Source of the DNA: Vitrella brassicaformis CCMP3155
Lineage: Eukaryota > Protista > Chromerida
Reading direction: 5' to 3'
Length of the DNA stretch: 64,000 nt
Assembly: GCA_001179505.1 (NCBI GenBank)
Contig: CDMY01001036.1
Span: 124,001 to 188,000 of the forward strand
A program made the translations under genes and the position numbers. This document shows, piece by piece, positions 37,737 through 51,239 of this stretch (its first letter is position 1; the number at the start of each line of letters is the position of its first letter). The notes under the pieces were generated by a model. The model had not been told where the DNA came from, searched no databases, and was given only the letters and a program-made list of their open reading frames with translations.

Positions 37737-38189
37737 TGTTTTCTGCGGAATCAGATCAGGGGGAAGGATGAGTGTATTGTGTGTGCATGGGTGTGTCTGC
37801 TGTCCTTGCACGGCTTACTGGGTACGTGTTTGGACCGTCGCTGAGGATCTTTGGCATTCGGTGCAAAAATAGCAAGATGCACGTCACATGCATAGGATGG
37901 ATCTTCGAAGATCCTGGCGGTGTGCACTGATGACTGCACTCTCGTACCTGCAGACTGTCCTCCTCCTCCTTCTTTCCTTGTCCACGTCACACATGCGAGC
38001 TCTCTCACCCCCTAGGGTGCTCCCTGAAACCGCTGCTTCTTGAAGCCGAGTGAATTAGATCTACGGGATCTGCTGCACGATGTGAGCCAAAGCCTGAATA
38101 CAGGTATGGCCTACAGAGCCGTACGTACAGATCGTCAGACCATCTCTGCGTGCCACTCGGGTTGTTGACGTGTTGCTGCTGCGGCAGAC

Positions 38190-41100
38190 ATGGGCATTCG
38201 CGGCTTGTCGAAGGCGGTGCTGGCGAAAGCTGGTGTGTACGACGAGGTGGACCTGGTGGAGGAGGCCAAGAGGCGGCCACACGGCATCCTGCTGCTCGTC
38301 GACTTTTACGCACTCGTCAGCTTCATTCGTGAGACCGACCGGCACACTCACACAGCATACACACGGGCATGCACTCGCTTTATGGCTCTTGAGTTGATCC
38401 TTCTGTGTGCCCTGCCCTGCCCTGCTCGGTTAGATGAGCGCGTGGCGTCGCGCCAGTCGTCAGCCCACTCGCCCATGTCGCACCCGGCATACGCAGAGGC
38501 CGCCCTGGCCACATCCCGCTTGGTCTCCCAGCTGCTGGCCAGCCGCATCTATGTCGAATGCGTTGCCGACGGTGCCAAGGGCAGCGACCTTGACACCTTG
38601 GTGCACAAGGAGGGCGAGTGGCGCGAGAGGTTCGCCGCGCAGCACCAGGTGCTGAGCCGCCTGAGGAGGGCGCATGCTGACGGGACGGACGAGAGGGACG
38701 ACAGCAGCGGGCAGGAGGATGATAACAATTGTGGCGCTGATGGTGGCGGTGGTGGTGACAAGATCATCGACTGGCTGGCTCGTCTGGGGCTGAAGCCGCC
38801 GCCCACCACCACCACCACCAGCAGCAGAATAATGGAGAATGGTCACGGCTTCCCTCAGCCATTCAGGCAGCCGTCGCCCGCCCCCCCTCGCTCTCACAGA
38901 TCGTCAAAGTGGTCGGGTCTTCCGCTGCCGTGTCTGTTCTCCACGCAAGTGGAGGAGACCCTCAGGCAAGGAGAGGAGTCTATACTATAGTTACAGGCCT
39001 TCACTGACTGACGGACTCATTGGTCCCCAGCACACATACGGTATATCCACTCCACGTGTGTGTCCAGGCGGCTGGGCATACCGATCTTCGTGGTGCCTGG
39101 GGAGGCGGACAGGTCAGCACACAACATAACATCCCAAAACCTCCCACGGATGTGATGAGTGACGGTACTCTCCGTCTGCCCGTGTGTAGGTACCTGGGTG
39201 AGCGTCTGCGTGTTGAGCGCCAGCCGTTGGTGGACTACCACATCAGCCCCAGCGAGAGCAAGTCTGCCAAGGGGCGGCCCTTCACCTACGGCATTCTGGG
39301 CAACGACAGCGACTTCCTTGCGATGCGCGGCGGGGTCCTCCTGCCTTTTGACGAATTCGATGTCCGAGGGAACCTCCAAATCAACAAACAGGTACCTTCA
39401 TGGCTGGGTGCAAGGGCAAATTTGATGTGCACGTGAGCTGCGTGTCAGGTTGGCCTTGGTTCTTCCGCCCATCGTTTGTCGCCTCTGAAGCGGCTGGTGG
39501 TTCACGTGTACCGCTCTGAGAGGGTGGCCCAGTACTTCCACCTGCAGCCAAGCGACCTCCCAGAACTCGCAATCATGCTCGGAAACGACTTCACCAAGTG
39601 ACAACAGACCCACGCACAGACACAGCACTGTCCATCCAATGGCATATGGACACACACATCATGTGTGTGCAGGTCGTTTGTCGACTCCCACAAGCGTCGG
39701 GACGTCCCCTTTGCCGACGGCTCGCCCCACAAGATCGCCACCTTCCTCTCATCCATCCCGCGCGATGCGGACAGGCGTTGTCTCATCGAGGGTCACCCCG
39801 TCATCGAGCGGCTCCTCCACAACGACCCGCCCTTCCACGACGCTGTCCTCTACTCGAGGTACTTCTACGGCTGGGGGGACATCCCGCCCGTCATGAGCGG
39901 CCGCCAACGCCAGCGTCCGAGAGAGGAGACCGAGACCAAGGGCAGGAAGAGCAAGAGAAAGGCAGGGAGGAGATCGGCAAGGAGGGCGCGGAGAGAAGCG
40001 GAGAGAGGAAAGGAGAACGGTCCTGTCACCGTGCCGTCATCTCCCGCTGCCACAACGAGCCCAGCCAGCCGCCCGCTCGACCGTTGTCGCGAGCTGCTGC
40101 TGGTGCGGCGATCGCAGCTGCTCCGCGCTCTCGACTCCCCATCCCTGCTGACGGCTGTGTCGCTCGTCCGTCTGCCCTCCACCGCCCCCTTGCACCTGCG
40201 GGCGCTGTCGTCTGCACTGCGTGCGTCGAGTGAGTATGCGCGGCGTCGTGGCGGGGCGCGTTGTGTGGGCAGCGGACAGGAGGACGACGAGAGGGATGAG
40301 TTCAGCTGGGTGGGGCGGAAGGCGCATGAGGAGAAACTCGGGATCTACCTCGAATGGTGGGGGNNNNNNNNNNNNNNNNNNNNNNNNNNNNNNNNNNNNN
40401 NNNNNNNNNNNNNNNNNNNNNNNNNNNNNNNNNNNNNNNNNNNNNNNNNNNNNNNNNNNNNNNNNNNNNNNNNNNNNNNNNNNNNNNNNNNNNNNNNNNN
40501 NNNNNNNNNNNNNNNNNNNNNNNNNNNNNNNNNNNNNNNNNNNNNNNNNNNNNNNNNNNNNNNNNNNNNNNNNNNNNNNNNNNNNNNNNNNNNNNNNNNN
40601 NNNNNNNNNNNNNNNNNNNNNNNNNNNNNNNNNNNNNNNNNNNNNNNNNNNNNNNNNNNNNNNCATGTCACGGACGAATGGACAGACAGATCTCTGCTGT
40701 CGGCGTGTGCGTGCATCGACATCGATGCTGTCTGTGGTGTGTGTTGCGTCGCGTGTGTGTCAGGTTGAGTGTGCACGGTCGCATTCCGTCGTTTGCCGTT
40801 GCAGTGCACGAGTCGTGTGTGTTTTGGAAGTCGCCCACTCCGGCCGCTGACGGCGTCGCTGTCGAGGACATGCTCAAACGTGGGCCGGCTCACCAGAGGC
40901 AGGCAGGCAGCAGTTGGCTCTCTGTCCATGTGCGTGTCTGCTGTCAGCGCTTCGTCGGTTGTGGTATGCCCTCCTTTCGCCTCGCAAGGGCTATGTCATC
41001 GAGATGGGGGCCGCGGGAGACACGCCATTCGCCAAGACCAAGGTATGTTCGTTCGTATGCACTTGAGCTCACAGCCGAATTGAATTGGCGGACGGGACCA

Positions 41101-44100
41101 CATCACATGCATTGGATTGGTATCTATGTGTGTGTGCAGGTGAGGATGTGTGGTCGTCCGTGTTCGGCTTCGTCTCCCCCCGAGCCGCGGCCCACCTGTC
41201 TGTATGACCTCCACAGCGCCGACAGCAACTGCGACAGGCTCGAAATGTTCCACAGGTAGGGGATGTCTGTAGGTGGTGGGCGGAGCACCGCACCCATCCA
41301 CACGTAAGCCGGGCTGTGTGTTAAATATCAGGGTGGTGGATTGCCTGCTGAATGAGTTCCGCTACCTCGAGTGCCGCATCGCCGCGCGAGGCCTCAAGAC
41401 GGCCCCCGAGGAGACGCTCGGTGAGCCCACATCCCCGTCCTCACGCCAGTCGTCCCTCTCACTCACATGGCTGGCCAACAAACGACACAAACAACAAGAC
41501 ACCAGCACGCCCTCATCTGCTGCTGCTGCTGCTGCTGCCAACGGTGACGGTGTGTTGCGCTACCCCGAGAGGCAGGGGCGGCTGGACCTCTCGCCATTCG
41601 ATGAGGACTTCGACAGCATCGACGGCGACGCGCTGCTGCGGTGGATCGGCAACTTCATCCCCATCATGGAGCCACCGGGCGGCGTGGCAGAAGACGGCGA
41701 ACAAGAGGACGGTGAAGCACTGGCGAGCTCCGACTCATCGTCCAGCAGCGGCAGCTCGGATGACGAGAGAGGGCAGTCGTCCCCGCACCCTTCGCGGCTC
41801 AACGAGCACGACGGCACGCTCCCCGAGCACCTGGAGGACACTTATTGCCGCGTGGGGTACACGCGTGGCCAGCTGTCGTTCTACGACTATGCGTTGCGGC
41901 TGTTCCTGCAGCTGAACCTGACCCCCCATGTGCAGGGGAAGGAGCAGCCGAGGGCGGTTGAAAGGAGGGCGGCGGGGCAGATGCTGCTGTCGGTGCTGAG
42001 GGGGGACAGCGACGGCATGAGCGACGGGGGCGCGGGGGGGTCTGTCGGGGGGCCGATACAGATGCACGGTGCGTGGATGGGTGACTGAGGCGGATCGATG
42101 CATCAACCATCCCTTTCTGTGCGTGTTGTGTTGTGTTGTGTTGTCAGAGTTCGATTCGCTGTTGTTGACAGTGTTGGTGTCGCTGCGGATGGAGATGTTC
42201 GAACGCGAGCTCGAGGACCCTGCCGGCGACGCAGAAGACGTGTACAACGGTATACACACACCACACCACACCACACCACACCAGACCAGACACACACTTA
42301 GCTGCCATGCCACCTGGATGGTATGTATTTCTGTGCATGGGATGCGCTTCAGCTCAGTGGGACTCGCGCCTCAGGACCCAGCGGGACCTCTGCCATTCCT
42401 CATCCCTCCCACTCGCACTCTCCCTCCTCTCGGCATCTCACCAGCACCAGCACCAGACCAGCACTGCAGCAGCATCCGCATCATCGTCGTCATCACGGCC
42501 ATCAGCAGCGTCCGACAGCCTGTCTTTGGGGTCTGAGGCGCGTGACGTCGAGGAGAGCTCTGTCGAGTGGACCAATGCGGCGGTGCAGCGGTGCGACCTC
42601 GCCACCCTGCCCTACCTGATGGTCTTCTGCCCCGATGGGGGCGAGGTGGTGGGTGGGAAGAAGAAATGGACGCGGCAGGAGCTCAAGGCGTTCAGGGACA
42701 AGAACAAGGCCGACCTGCGGCCCGACTTCCCCGCCCCCCCATTCAGGCCAGGGTATAGGTCGGTCGTCATCGCATCGTGGTTTCAGGTACCTGTGTGGTG
42801 TGTCCGGAGGACGCCCGTAGAATGTGTGTGGGAATATGTGTTGTGTGTTGTGTGTTGTGTTGTGTTGTGTGGTGTGGTGCAGGTGTGTGTGCGTTACGTG
42901 CATTGTACAGCGAGTTTATGCGGTTTATTTGAGCCCGAGCACGAGTTATCGCAGCGGATGTACCCCACCAGACGACTGGAGGAGGGGCAACAAACGTACG
43001 CGCGCACGTCAGCCAGCCAGCCAGCCATGGATGGATGGATGGATGGATGCACCCATAGGGCCACAGCTGTCTGTATGCGACTGCTCGTTGTGCCTTGTTG
43101 CAGGTGTCGGTTTGCCCCTGAGCCAAGACAGGTCAGACTCGACCTACACACAAATGCGTACGGTGTGTATGGATGTCGACGTGTACCGCAGATGTTTGAT
43201 GGCTCCATCTTCACTCTGTTCTTCACTGCCGGCGCACTCGAGGCCCACCGGCGGGGCGCCTTGCCCCCAGTGGCCGAGAGCCTGCCGGCCGGCATGACGC
43301 CGCACGACGAGAGCAGCCTGCAGCACTGGATCAAAATCAGGCGCAACTTCCTCAACATGCCAGAGGTACGTAGACCCGTCAACATACACACACCAGCGCC
43401 TGTGTCCGGTCCCATCTCGTCCCTCTTCCTGCGTGTGTCTTGTGTCTATCAGGTGCAGTCATTGCGTCGTCGGCTGCTGCGTGGCTTCCCCCCCGCCCTG
43501 TTTGGCGCCGCCGACCAAGAGGCCGTCAACACCATCATACACGCACACCAGCATCCGGACCAAGACACATGGTCGGCGGCAGCAGCCGGCGACGACGGCA
43601 CTGACGACGATGCAGATGACAGGAGGGTCGTGAGTGGGTACGAGCAGGCTTTGGGCAGCTGGCAGGCGTATCAGCAGAAGAAGGAGCTCGAGGAGGGCAG
43701 CAGCCCAAGACACCACCTCAACGACACCGCACACAGACGCAAGAACGAGCACATCAAGGAGGGAGTGCCGTCAACGTCGTCGCGAGACGAGGGGGAGCAG
43801 GACATTATCGACACGCCAAACAGCAACGGCCGACAAGAGGAGTCCCCCAGTGTCTTCACATCTCTGGCCAGCCCCTCCCCGCCCCGGCCCCCAGTGGCCT
43901 CGTCCGTGCAGAGCAGCGCCACTGTGATCCGTTTGACGTCCGACAACAACAATATGATTGGCAATTCGGTGTCGTCCCTGCGCGAGAGCCCTGCCATGGC
44001 CCGCGGCGGCCGTGTCAATGTCGATGAGGCGGGAGGTGGTGATGACGAGGATAGGGACTGTCACGTGTTGTGTGTGCATGGGTTCGACCGGGAGTGGGTG

Positions 44101-44456
44101 ACGGGGCCAATGATGCCCTCCGCCATCAAAGACGCCATCGGACGGCACAATGTCAAGAAGGTACGTACGTATCCACTCTGCTGGTTCGTTTGCCTGAACG
44201 TGCATGTGTTTGCTCCTTCCTTCGCTAGGTTGTGTCGTTGCGTGGCATGAGCGTGCCGCCCTTCCCGCCGACCTACTCGTGTCGCGTGGTGCTGCACCCA
44301 CACGCATCGGACATGGCCGCCCATCTGCTCTCTCGGGGCGACCTGTGTCTGCGTGTCATGAGCGGGCTCAACAACGCACTGCCGCACGGCGACCTCTCGG
44401 AGGAGAAGGAAATGCGGGTGCGCGTGTCAGGTCCGGCCAGTGAGCCTGGCGGATGA
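38190..44456 (+). CDS. Asteroid/FAM120-like protein: XPG/FEN-like PIN domain with H3TH motif, long C-terminal region, possible degenerate RRM at the end (spans a gap)
   Basis: MGIRGL..LLLVDFYAL; VECVADGAKG; FVVPGEADR; YGILGNDSDFLAM; DLPELAIMLGNDF; terminal HVLCVHGFD..|..YSCRVVLHP. Confidence 0.8.
40364..40663. other. Assembly gap (300 N) inside the FAM120-like gene
   Basis: N run after a G-rich stretch. Confidence 0.99.
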
Positions 44457-44952
44457 GTGTGTGCATGCGTGTGTCGTGATCTCTGACATCGGTTTGGTTT
44501 ACCTGCTGTTTGCATGGCGTGGGGCGGCTGGGAAGCCGTGGGTGTGTACGGGGAGACACTTGACATGAATGGTGAATGAGAATGTGGCAACTCACAGGTG
44601 CTGTATGGCTGATGGCACATGTGGCCAGTACGTTGTGTTCGGATGTCGGCGTGGGGCGGATATGATTGAGTGGTGAGAGCTCAGGTTTTTCTGTGCGTGA
44701 GGGCGGGTGTGGTGTGCGATAGACGAGACTTCAATCGATCAGTGCCGCACTTACTTCAACGCACATGGCAAATGGACTGAAGTCATCGCATGGCCAACAT
44801 CAATCAATCGCAACACAAGTTAGTTAATGTACAGAAAAAATCGAAGCGCACTGTTCAATTCAGACTCGCTCCCTCCCTCCCCCCAACCCGTTCCTTCTCC
44901 CCTTCTCCCCCTCCCTCCCCCTCTCCCCCGGGAAGCAATGCGGGCAGCACCA

Positions 44953-46438
44953 TCACGAGATGAAGACCCCACCCCACGGGGGCAGCGGGGCATTCGGGTT
45001 GTTTGGGCCTTGGCAGATGGGGCAGACGGCCTGATGGGGAGCGCAGCCCTGGCACATGCACACGTGGCCCTGCACACACACACACACACAGTTAAAACAT
45101 TGGTTAAGTCAGGAACAACTGCAGGTACATTCAGTGGCTAGTGTCTGTCACTGCTTACGCATGGCCGGGTGACGGTGTCCCTCGGGGCGGCGAAACAGAT
45201 CACGCATCGCGTGGCCTGGTCCCAGCCCTGGGCGATGCCCTGCTGGAGCCCTTGCGCCAGGCCCGTCTGGAAGCCCTGGGCCTGCCCTTGCTGCAGCCCT
45301 GCGGCCCGCCCTTCCTCCCTGCCCTGCAGCAGCCCTGCGGCCCGCCCTTCCTCCCTCCCCTGCAGCAGCCCCGCCTCCCGCCCTTCCTCCCGCCCTTCCT
45401 CCCTGCCCTGCTGGCGGCTCTCTGCTCGGATCTCGGCCTCCCGCTGCTGCTGCTCCTCCGCCCGCAGACGCAGCTCCCTGTCGTGGGCGTCTGCCAGTAG
45501 CTGGGCGAAGGCGGCGTCCTCGGCCCGGCGCTGGGCGATGATGGCGTGCACCCGCCCTCCGAAGGCCGCCGACTGCTCCGCGGTGTTGAGGGTGGCGATT
45601 TCGGTCCGGAGGCTGAAAAAAAAGTGCACACGCAGAAGCAACAAGTTGAGCAATGCAGTCAAGAGATACAGCAGCGTTGACCCACCTGGGCAGGGTGGTG
45701 TCGTGGGCGCTGCTCTTGTCGCCCTGCACGTCCTCGGGCTGCAGGCCGACGTCGACCGCCGGTCTGCACGCATCAGCACATTGTCATCTGTTGAGTTGCC
45801 GACAGTCTATGCAGCTGACCTGGGCGGGTGGGTCTGTGGGACTGGCTGCGGCTGTGGGTGTCGTTGTGGGGCGGGGGGCCGAGGCCGAGCGGCCGGTTGC
45901 TGCATAAATGGATTCATAAGATAGCAATAGACCTGACGAGGATGGCCAGATAAGGCCCTTTCATTCCCTCGTGTCTGCGCACCTGTCCGCCAGCTGCGAC
46001 AGTGGTCACATGCGAATGCCAACACACACAACAATGTTTGCCCACTCACGTCTAGTACTCTTGAGACCTCCTACCGCCGCGTGCTGGATGAAGGGCGGCC
46101 GACCTGGGGGAGCTGCGGCTGCACCGACCAACAGCAATGCATGTGAGCAGTGCCTGCAATGGTGTGTGACATACCGTCTGGAAGGACGCCGCGCGGCCGC
46201 AGTGCCAAATGCGCCGCCGGTGCCGGGAGTACCGCGTGTGGCGGATACGCCGGTGCCGGCACGTACAGCGGCGGACGTCCAGCAGCTGAGGGGATGAACA
46301 GACACTCATGGACCATGGACAGAGAAAGATCTGGTCATCAGTGGACTTACCGAGGTGCGCGACGAGATGAGGGGGTGGACGGACCCCTCTTGCGACAAAT
46401 GGGGGTGGTCTTCCCCGCGGGTGCATCTGGTAGTTCAT
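44953..46438 (-). CDS. Pro-rich protein with coiled coil, long GxxxG (FliH/Yae1-like) repeat helix and C-terminal RING-HC (called RING14 below)
   Basis: Phase-consistent MNYQMHPRG..HL | AAGRPPLYVP..LPD | AAAPPG..HAA | QPAARP..PPR | PAVDVG..LPS | LRTEIA..QGREEGREEGREAGLLQG..QGWDQATRCVICFAAPRDTVTRPC | GHVCMCQGCAPHQAVCPICQGP..FIS*. Confidence 0.75.
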
Positions 46439-46553
46439 CTCTACCAGACGGCTGGATGGATGGCTGGCTGGATGGATGGATCACGTAGGCCGTCGCGACC
46501 CGCGCAGGAAAAGCTCGCATGAGATTCAAGTAAGATCTCTCAAGTTCTCCAAG

Positions 46554-48625
46554 ATGAGCATCAGATATTCTCCACCGGTGAGCTCTGCAGCTCCCCTGAG
46601 GTCTGAGGACGTTGGCCTGACAGATTCCGGTGTGCTTTGTTTCAGAAGGATCTCTCCGAGGAGCAGCGCGTCCCCCTGGCGCACCTCTTTTTGGTGAGCC
46701 CTTCCATCGCACAGCGCTTTGGATGACACTGGTCAGCACTGCTCATCACCGCAGGATCATGTGAGTCACGCCTCCAAGGGACGCTTCGTGAGGGCAACAC
46801 ACCGGGACGGCACCCCGACGGATCTCCATTGGGGCTTCCACGGCTTCACCACGAGCCTTTGGGACCTTCAAGATCAGACAATTGTCGTGCTAAAGGTCCC
46901 GTTCAAGTATGAGGAGGAACGCGAGCCGGTCAGTCAGTTGACCATGCCGCCATTACGAGTCGTGCAATGCTTTCCTGTCTGCCCGTCTGCCCGTCTGTCT
47001 GTCTGTCTGCCTGTCTGTCTGTCTGTCGTGCGGCAGGATGCGTATGGGTTCCCCCGCAATGGCATGGACGTCTCTCTGGAGGGCGAGGTGGACCATCCGG
47101 CCATTGTCAAGGTCGTTGGCATCTACCGCCTCACCGGGCTGCCGGGATGTGACGCTACCTGCGGCCTCAAGGGCTACATCATGAAGGCGTGCATCGGTCG
47201 GTGGCGGTGGCGCCACACACCCGACCCGACACACATTGGTGCCGTTGAGTGTGTGTGTGTGTGTGTGCAGGGGGGGATCTCATGGACTTGCCGCGGTGGA
47301 CAGAGGTCAGTGAGGCGCTCGTCATGCCGATTCTGAAGGACGTCCTCGACGGCTTGAAGTTCCTCCACGACATCGGCGTCGCACACGGCGATGTCATCGT
47401 ATGCAACACAGTCCACATGCGCAAATCCATCTCTCTCTCTCTCTCTGTGTTGTGTGTGTCTGTGTGTGTGTGTGTGTGCAGCCTCAGAATGTGTGTTTGA
47501 GGCGTGGAGCGGATTGGTGCGCGCATGGGTGTCTGGTCGACATCGATCGACTGTTTCGCTTCAGGGACGACCCCCAATGGGTACGCCACCCCAGCACCAA
47601 CATCCTCCACCACCCACACCTGCCTGGCCATGGATGTCAGGGGGTGTGGATATGGAACGTGTGCAGGCAGACCAGCCCCGCAAGGACCTGCATCGACTGG
47701 GCAACACCATTCAGCAACATGTGCTCAAGGACAAAGAAGTGGTCTCTATCACACACACACACACAAACTGATGGCTGAATGGATCTGTTTGGAAGTGTGG
47801 CATGCTGCATGTGCGTCATGTAGAGCCCCGAGGCGCACCGGCTCTTCGACCACCTGCAGGGCTCCACCGACCACGCCCCGCCTGGCGTCGAAGGGGTAAC
47901 ACACACACATACCAATGGGCGGATGGATGGATGGATGCCCTTCTGTCAGGCGTTGGACCTCTTTGACAAATGGGCGGCGGTGCACGGGCCGGGGGTGCGG
48001 GCCAGGCTAACAGGCAACGAGCGGCCGCCGCAGCACCTGGTCAACGCCTACCAGGCCGGGTGGCAATGGCGGCACCAACAGGTGGGCAGAGGGAGAGCGA
48101 GCGAGGGAGGGAGAAGGACACTCATGCACACATGCGCAGACACACACACAGAGAGAGAGAGGCTCCCATTGTCTGTTTCAGGTTCGCGCCATCCATCCAA
48201 TGTCACCCCAGGCGGCACCAGCACCAGCTGTCCAGCCCAATGTCGCCAATGCGTCTCACCAGTCGCCCCACAATCGCCACCCTCATGCACCCTCTCTGCC
48301 TCCGACGGACCCATTGCTGCTTCAGAAGGCCCTGAGCAATCCCTGCCCCCAGAAGGCCCTTGTGGTTCGCGGCGTGTTTCCGGGTGGCGAGTCCACCTGG
48401 CGGTGGAACTATTCGTTGAGGCAGTGGGAGTGGTGGGAGTGGGAGGCCCCCACTGGCTTGTGGCTGGTGAGGACCAGCACGCAGGACACGGGCATGTGGT
48501 TCAAGAGCGTCGGCGACTGCCTCAAGAGCTGGTTCTGTTGCCGCTGTTGCTCTCGACGTGACGTCGGCCGGCCCGGTTTGCCCGGTCTCCATGCAGAGGC
48601 TGCTGCTGCTGTTGCTGCTGCATGA
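46554..48625 (+). CDS. Divergent protein kinase-like protein with very short activation segment and Trp/Cys-rich C-terminus
   Basis: WGFHGF loop, VVLK, DHPAIV, GGDL, LDGLKFLHDIGVAHGDVI|PQN, LVDID, KDLHRLG and SPEAHRLF; all phases consistent using the acceptor at 47666. Confidence 0.7.
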
Positions 48626-49993
48626 GCAGCACCGGCCAGCGAGGCTTGATAGAAGGACTGGTTCAGGGAGAGAGGGAGGGAGGGAGGACGGGAGTGCGAC
48701 AGCTGAAGTGTACAATGGACAAGGTATGTTTTTCAGCGGCTTGTGTATGCCGCGATGGAGATGAATGGGTAGTTTAAAGGCTGCAGCGACTGCAGCTGAC
48801 TCGTCAACCACTCATTGCACATTGCATCTTGCGTTAAGTTGTCTGGGTTGGTCTCTGCCCCCCCACCCATTGCCGGTTAGTCGACCGATCAAGTAGAGGA
48901 AAACACGTGTAGACCCACACACCCACATAAACACACGTGCACCCCAAATTCACAGATACACGAAAGAGTCCTCACGCGCACGCCTTCCTGCCGGTTAGCC
49001 AGCTGCCTGCCTCTTACTGCCATCAACACATCCACACACACACATACACACATATGAACGCACACACACGGATGCACAGATGTGTAGTAACTGCGATTGG
49101 TAGGGATGCAAGCAAGTATACTTCCGGTGTTGTGTTATTTTCCACAGACAGATCTCAACAAAACAGAAGAGAAAGGCCAAACACATGTGGTGTGGCGTAT
49201 GCAATGTGCGATCTCTCTCACACGGTGGGTATGCAGGGGTGGATGGTGTCAGCAGCCCAGTGGTGTTATGCATGTCGGGTGTCTCTCGGCGTGTAAGACG
49301 AGATAGAGACCCATTGAGGATGAAGTCATCATGTCCATCGCATCTCAGCAGCAGAAACACGCACAGAAGACCAACAGAAGCTCCCCCTTATCCCTCCCCC
49401 AGCTCATCCCACTGCGACTGTCCCAACAAGACGAAAAAAGCCACACATGAACCTTCTTCAGTAATGTGTGTTGTGCTACCCTCCCCGCTGGCTGGCTGGC
49501 CGGCTGATCCATCAGAAAAACTCCCTTGCCGCACGCACACACATGGATGGATCTAGGCAACTCACCTCCACGCATGGCACATGCAGGATGAGAAAGCGGC
49601 CAGCGAATGCAATGAGCCACCCATCTACTCTACCGGACCAGGACCGCTGTCTCTCCCCGGACATGCGTATCTCACGTAGCATGGCCCCGTCGAATTTAGC
49701 CGCCCACATGTGTTCTTGTGGGTGGCCATATCCGATGGGGTCACAACACGACGGACACGCACTCGGGATGAGGGGGACCCGCGGCAACACAAATATGTCA
49801 GTCGAACGAAGGGAAAGAGGTGAGGACGCGTCCGTGTTGTGTCTGTGAAACAGGTGTGAAATAAACAAACGAAAAAAGACAGGTGCGGGTGTGAAAGAAA
49901 GAGTGGGCCATCGATGCATCCCTCCCTCCCTCCCTCTCTGCCGATCAGGGCCCCATTGCGGTGTGTGTGGTGTGGTTCGGTTGCCACATGACA

Positions 49994-51239
49994 TCACCAC
50001 TGGGCTGTGGGTGTGTCGCCCGGCTCCACAGAAAACACCTGCACACAGCCACACAAACACACACATAAACAGGCAACACGTGGGTGTCTGTATGTGTGTG
50101 CGTCCATGTGTGTACCTCTCTGAGTATGGGTTCGTATTGGGTCTCGCCGCCCCGCAGACTGCGCCGCTGCACACACCGCATCACGTCGCGGAAACGGGGG
50201 TCTCGCGTGCTGCTGATGCCCTGATGCACCCACACACCACACACACACATGCTCATAAGCTTCCTGTGTGTTCTGTGCTGTGGTGTGTTCCCACCAGGTC
50301 TGTGAGCATCTCCCGGAGCGTCTTGAGCGCCTGCATGGAGAGGTTGTGTCCGCTCTGCAGGCTGACGATCTTGCGGAACTCCAGGAACGCCGCCACACTC
50401 GGATCCTCATCAGCACCGAACACCTGAATGTCGAACAACAGCCACCCACAATGCGTCATATGTGCACCAACTATGTCTGCGGTGGTGTGTGTGGCGTGAT
50501 GCGACCTACCTTGATGTTCATTTCCTCCGTTTCCGGGAAGTTGATGTATCCGAAGTCCACGTGCGACTGGGCCACGTAGTCGGATGACGGCACCAACGTG
50601 GAGGGGGAACTGGCGGGGTCCTCCGAATACTGCACACACATACACACATACAAACACAAATGCGGACGAGTGTGCGTGTCTGCGTACCCGCTCGTGTCGC
50701 GGGATGACGATCGGCCGCATCGCAGATGGCGTCACAACCGAGGGAGTGACGGGGCTGCGCACACACACGCATGCAAATGCAGAGGAGACGAGATCACCAC
50801 CCATACACGTGTTGGCGTGCGTGTCGTGTGTGTGTGTGTGGGTCACCTGGTGGTCTCGCTCCGTGCCCGCTGCGGGAGTGTGGGTCCGAACGTCTCCACG
50901 CCAAACGACGAGAAGTCATCCAGGTAGTGGTGCTGCTGAGAACGGGCACGCTTCAACTCCTGGGCAAACAGCGGGTCGTGCGGCGACAGAATGCCTGACA
51001 AGACAACACATCAGGCCATGGCAGGCACACGAAGCGTCTCCCCGGCTCTCTCTCGCCCACCTTGGTTTTTGAGTTTGTCCGCCAGCCGCTGCGCCTCGAG
51101 GGGCGTCAGCCGCTCGCCCAGAGCCTGCACACACCACACACATGCGACCGTACACCTCCGACGTGCCTGTCCTCGCCATCGCACCTACCTTCTCGAGAGG
51201 CTCTCTGATGGTGAAGGGGTCGTACTCCGTCAGATACAT
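49994..51239 (-). CDS. Hypothetical protein (8 exons, about 270 aa)
   Basis: Phase-consistent MYLTEYDPFTIREPLEK | ALGERLTPLEAQRLADKLKNQ | GILSPHD.. | .. | VFGADEDPSVAAFLEFRK..LREMLTDL | GISSTRDPRF..PILRE | VFSVEPGDTPTAQW*; no family recognised. Confidence 0.65.

Noticed and set aside
45138-45400. Horizontally acquired bacterial FliH or Rpn transposase fragment
   Set aside because: Only the low-complexity GxxxG pattern matches. There is no nuclease or FliH C-terminal domain, and the gene has host-type introns.
49512-49990. Extra 3' exons of the hypothetical gene at 49994-51239
   Set aside because: Splicing from CAG TG|gt to the next acceptor recreates TGA, so the region is treated as 3' UTR.
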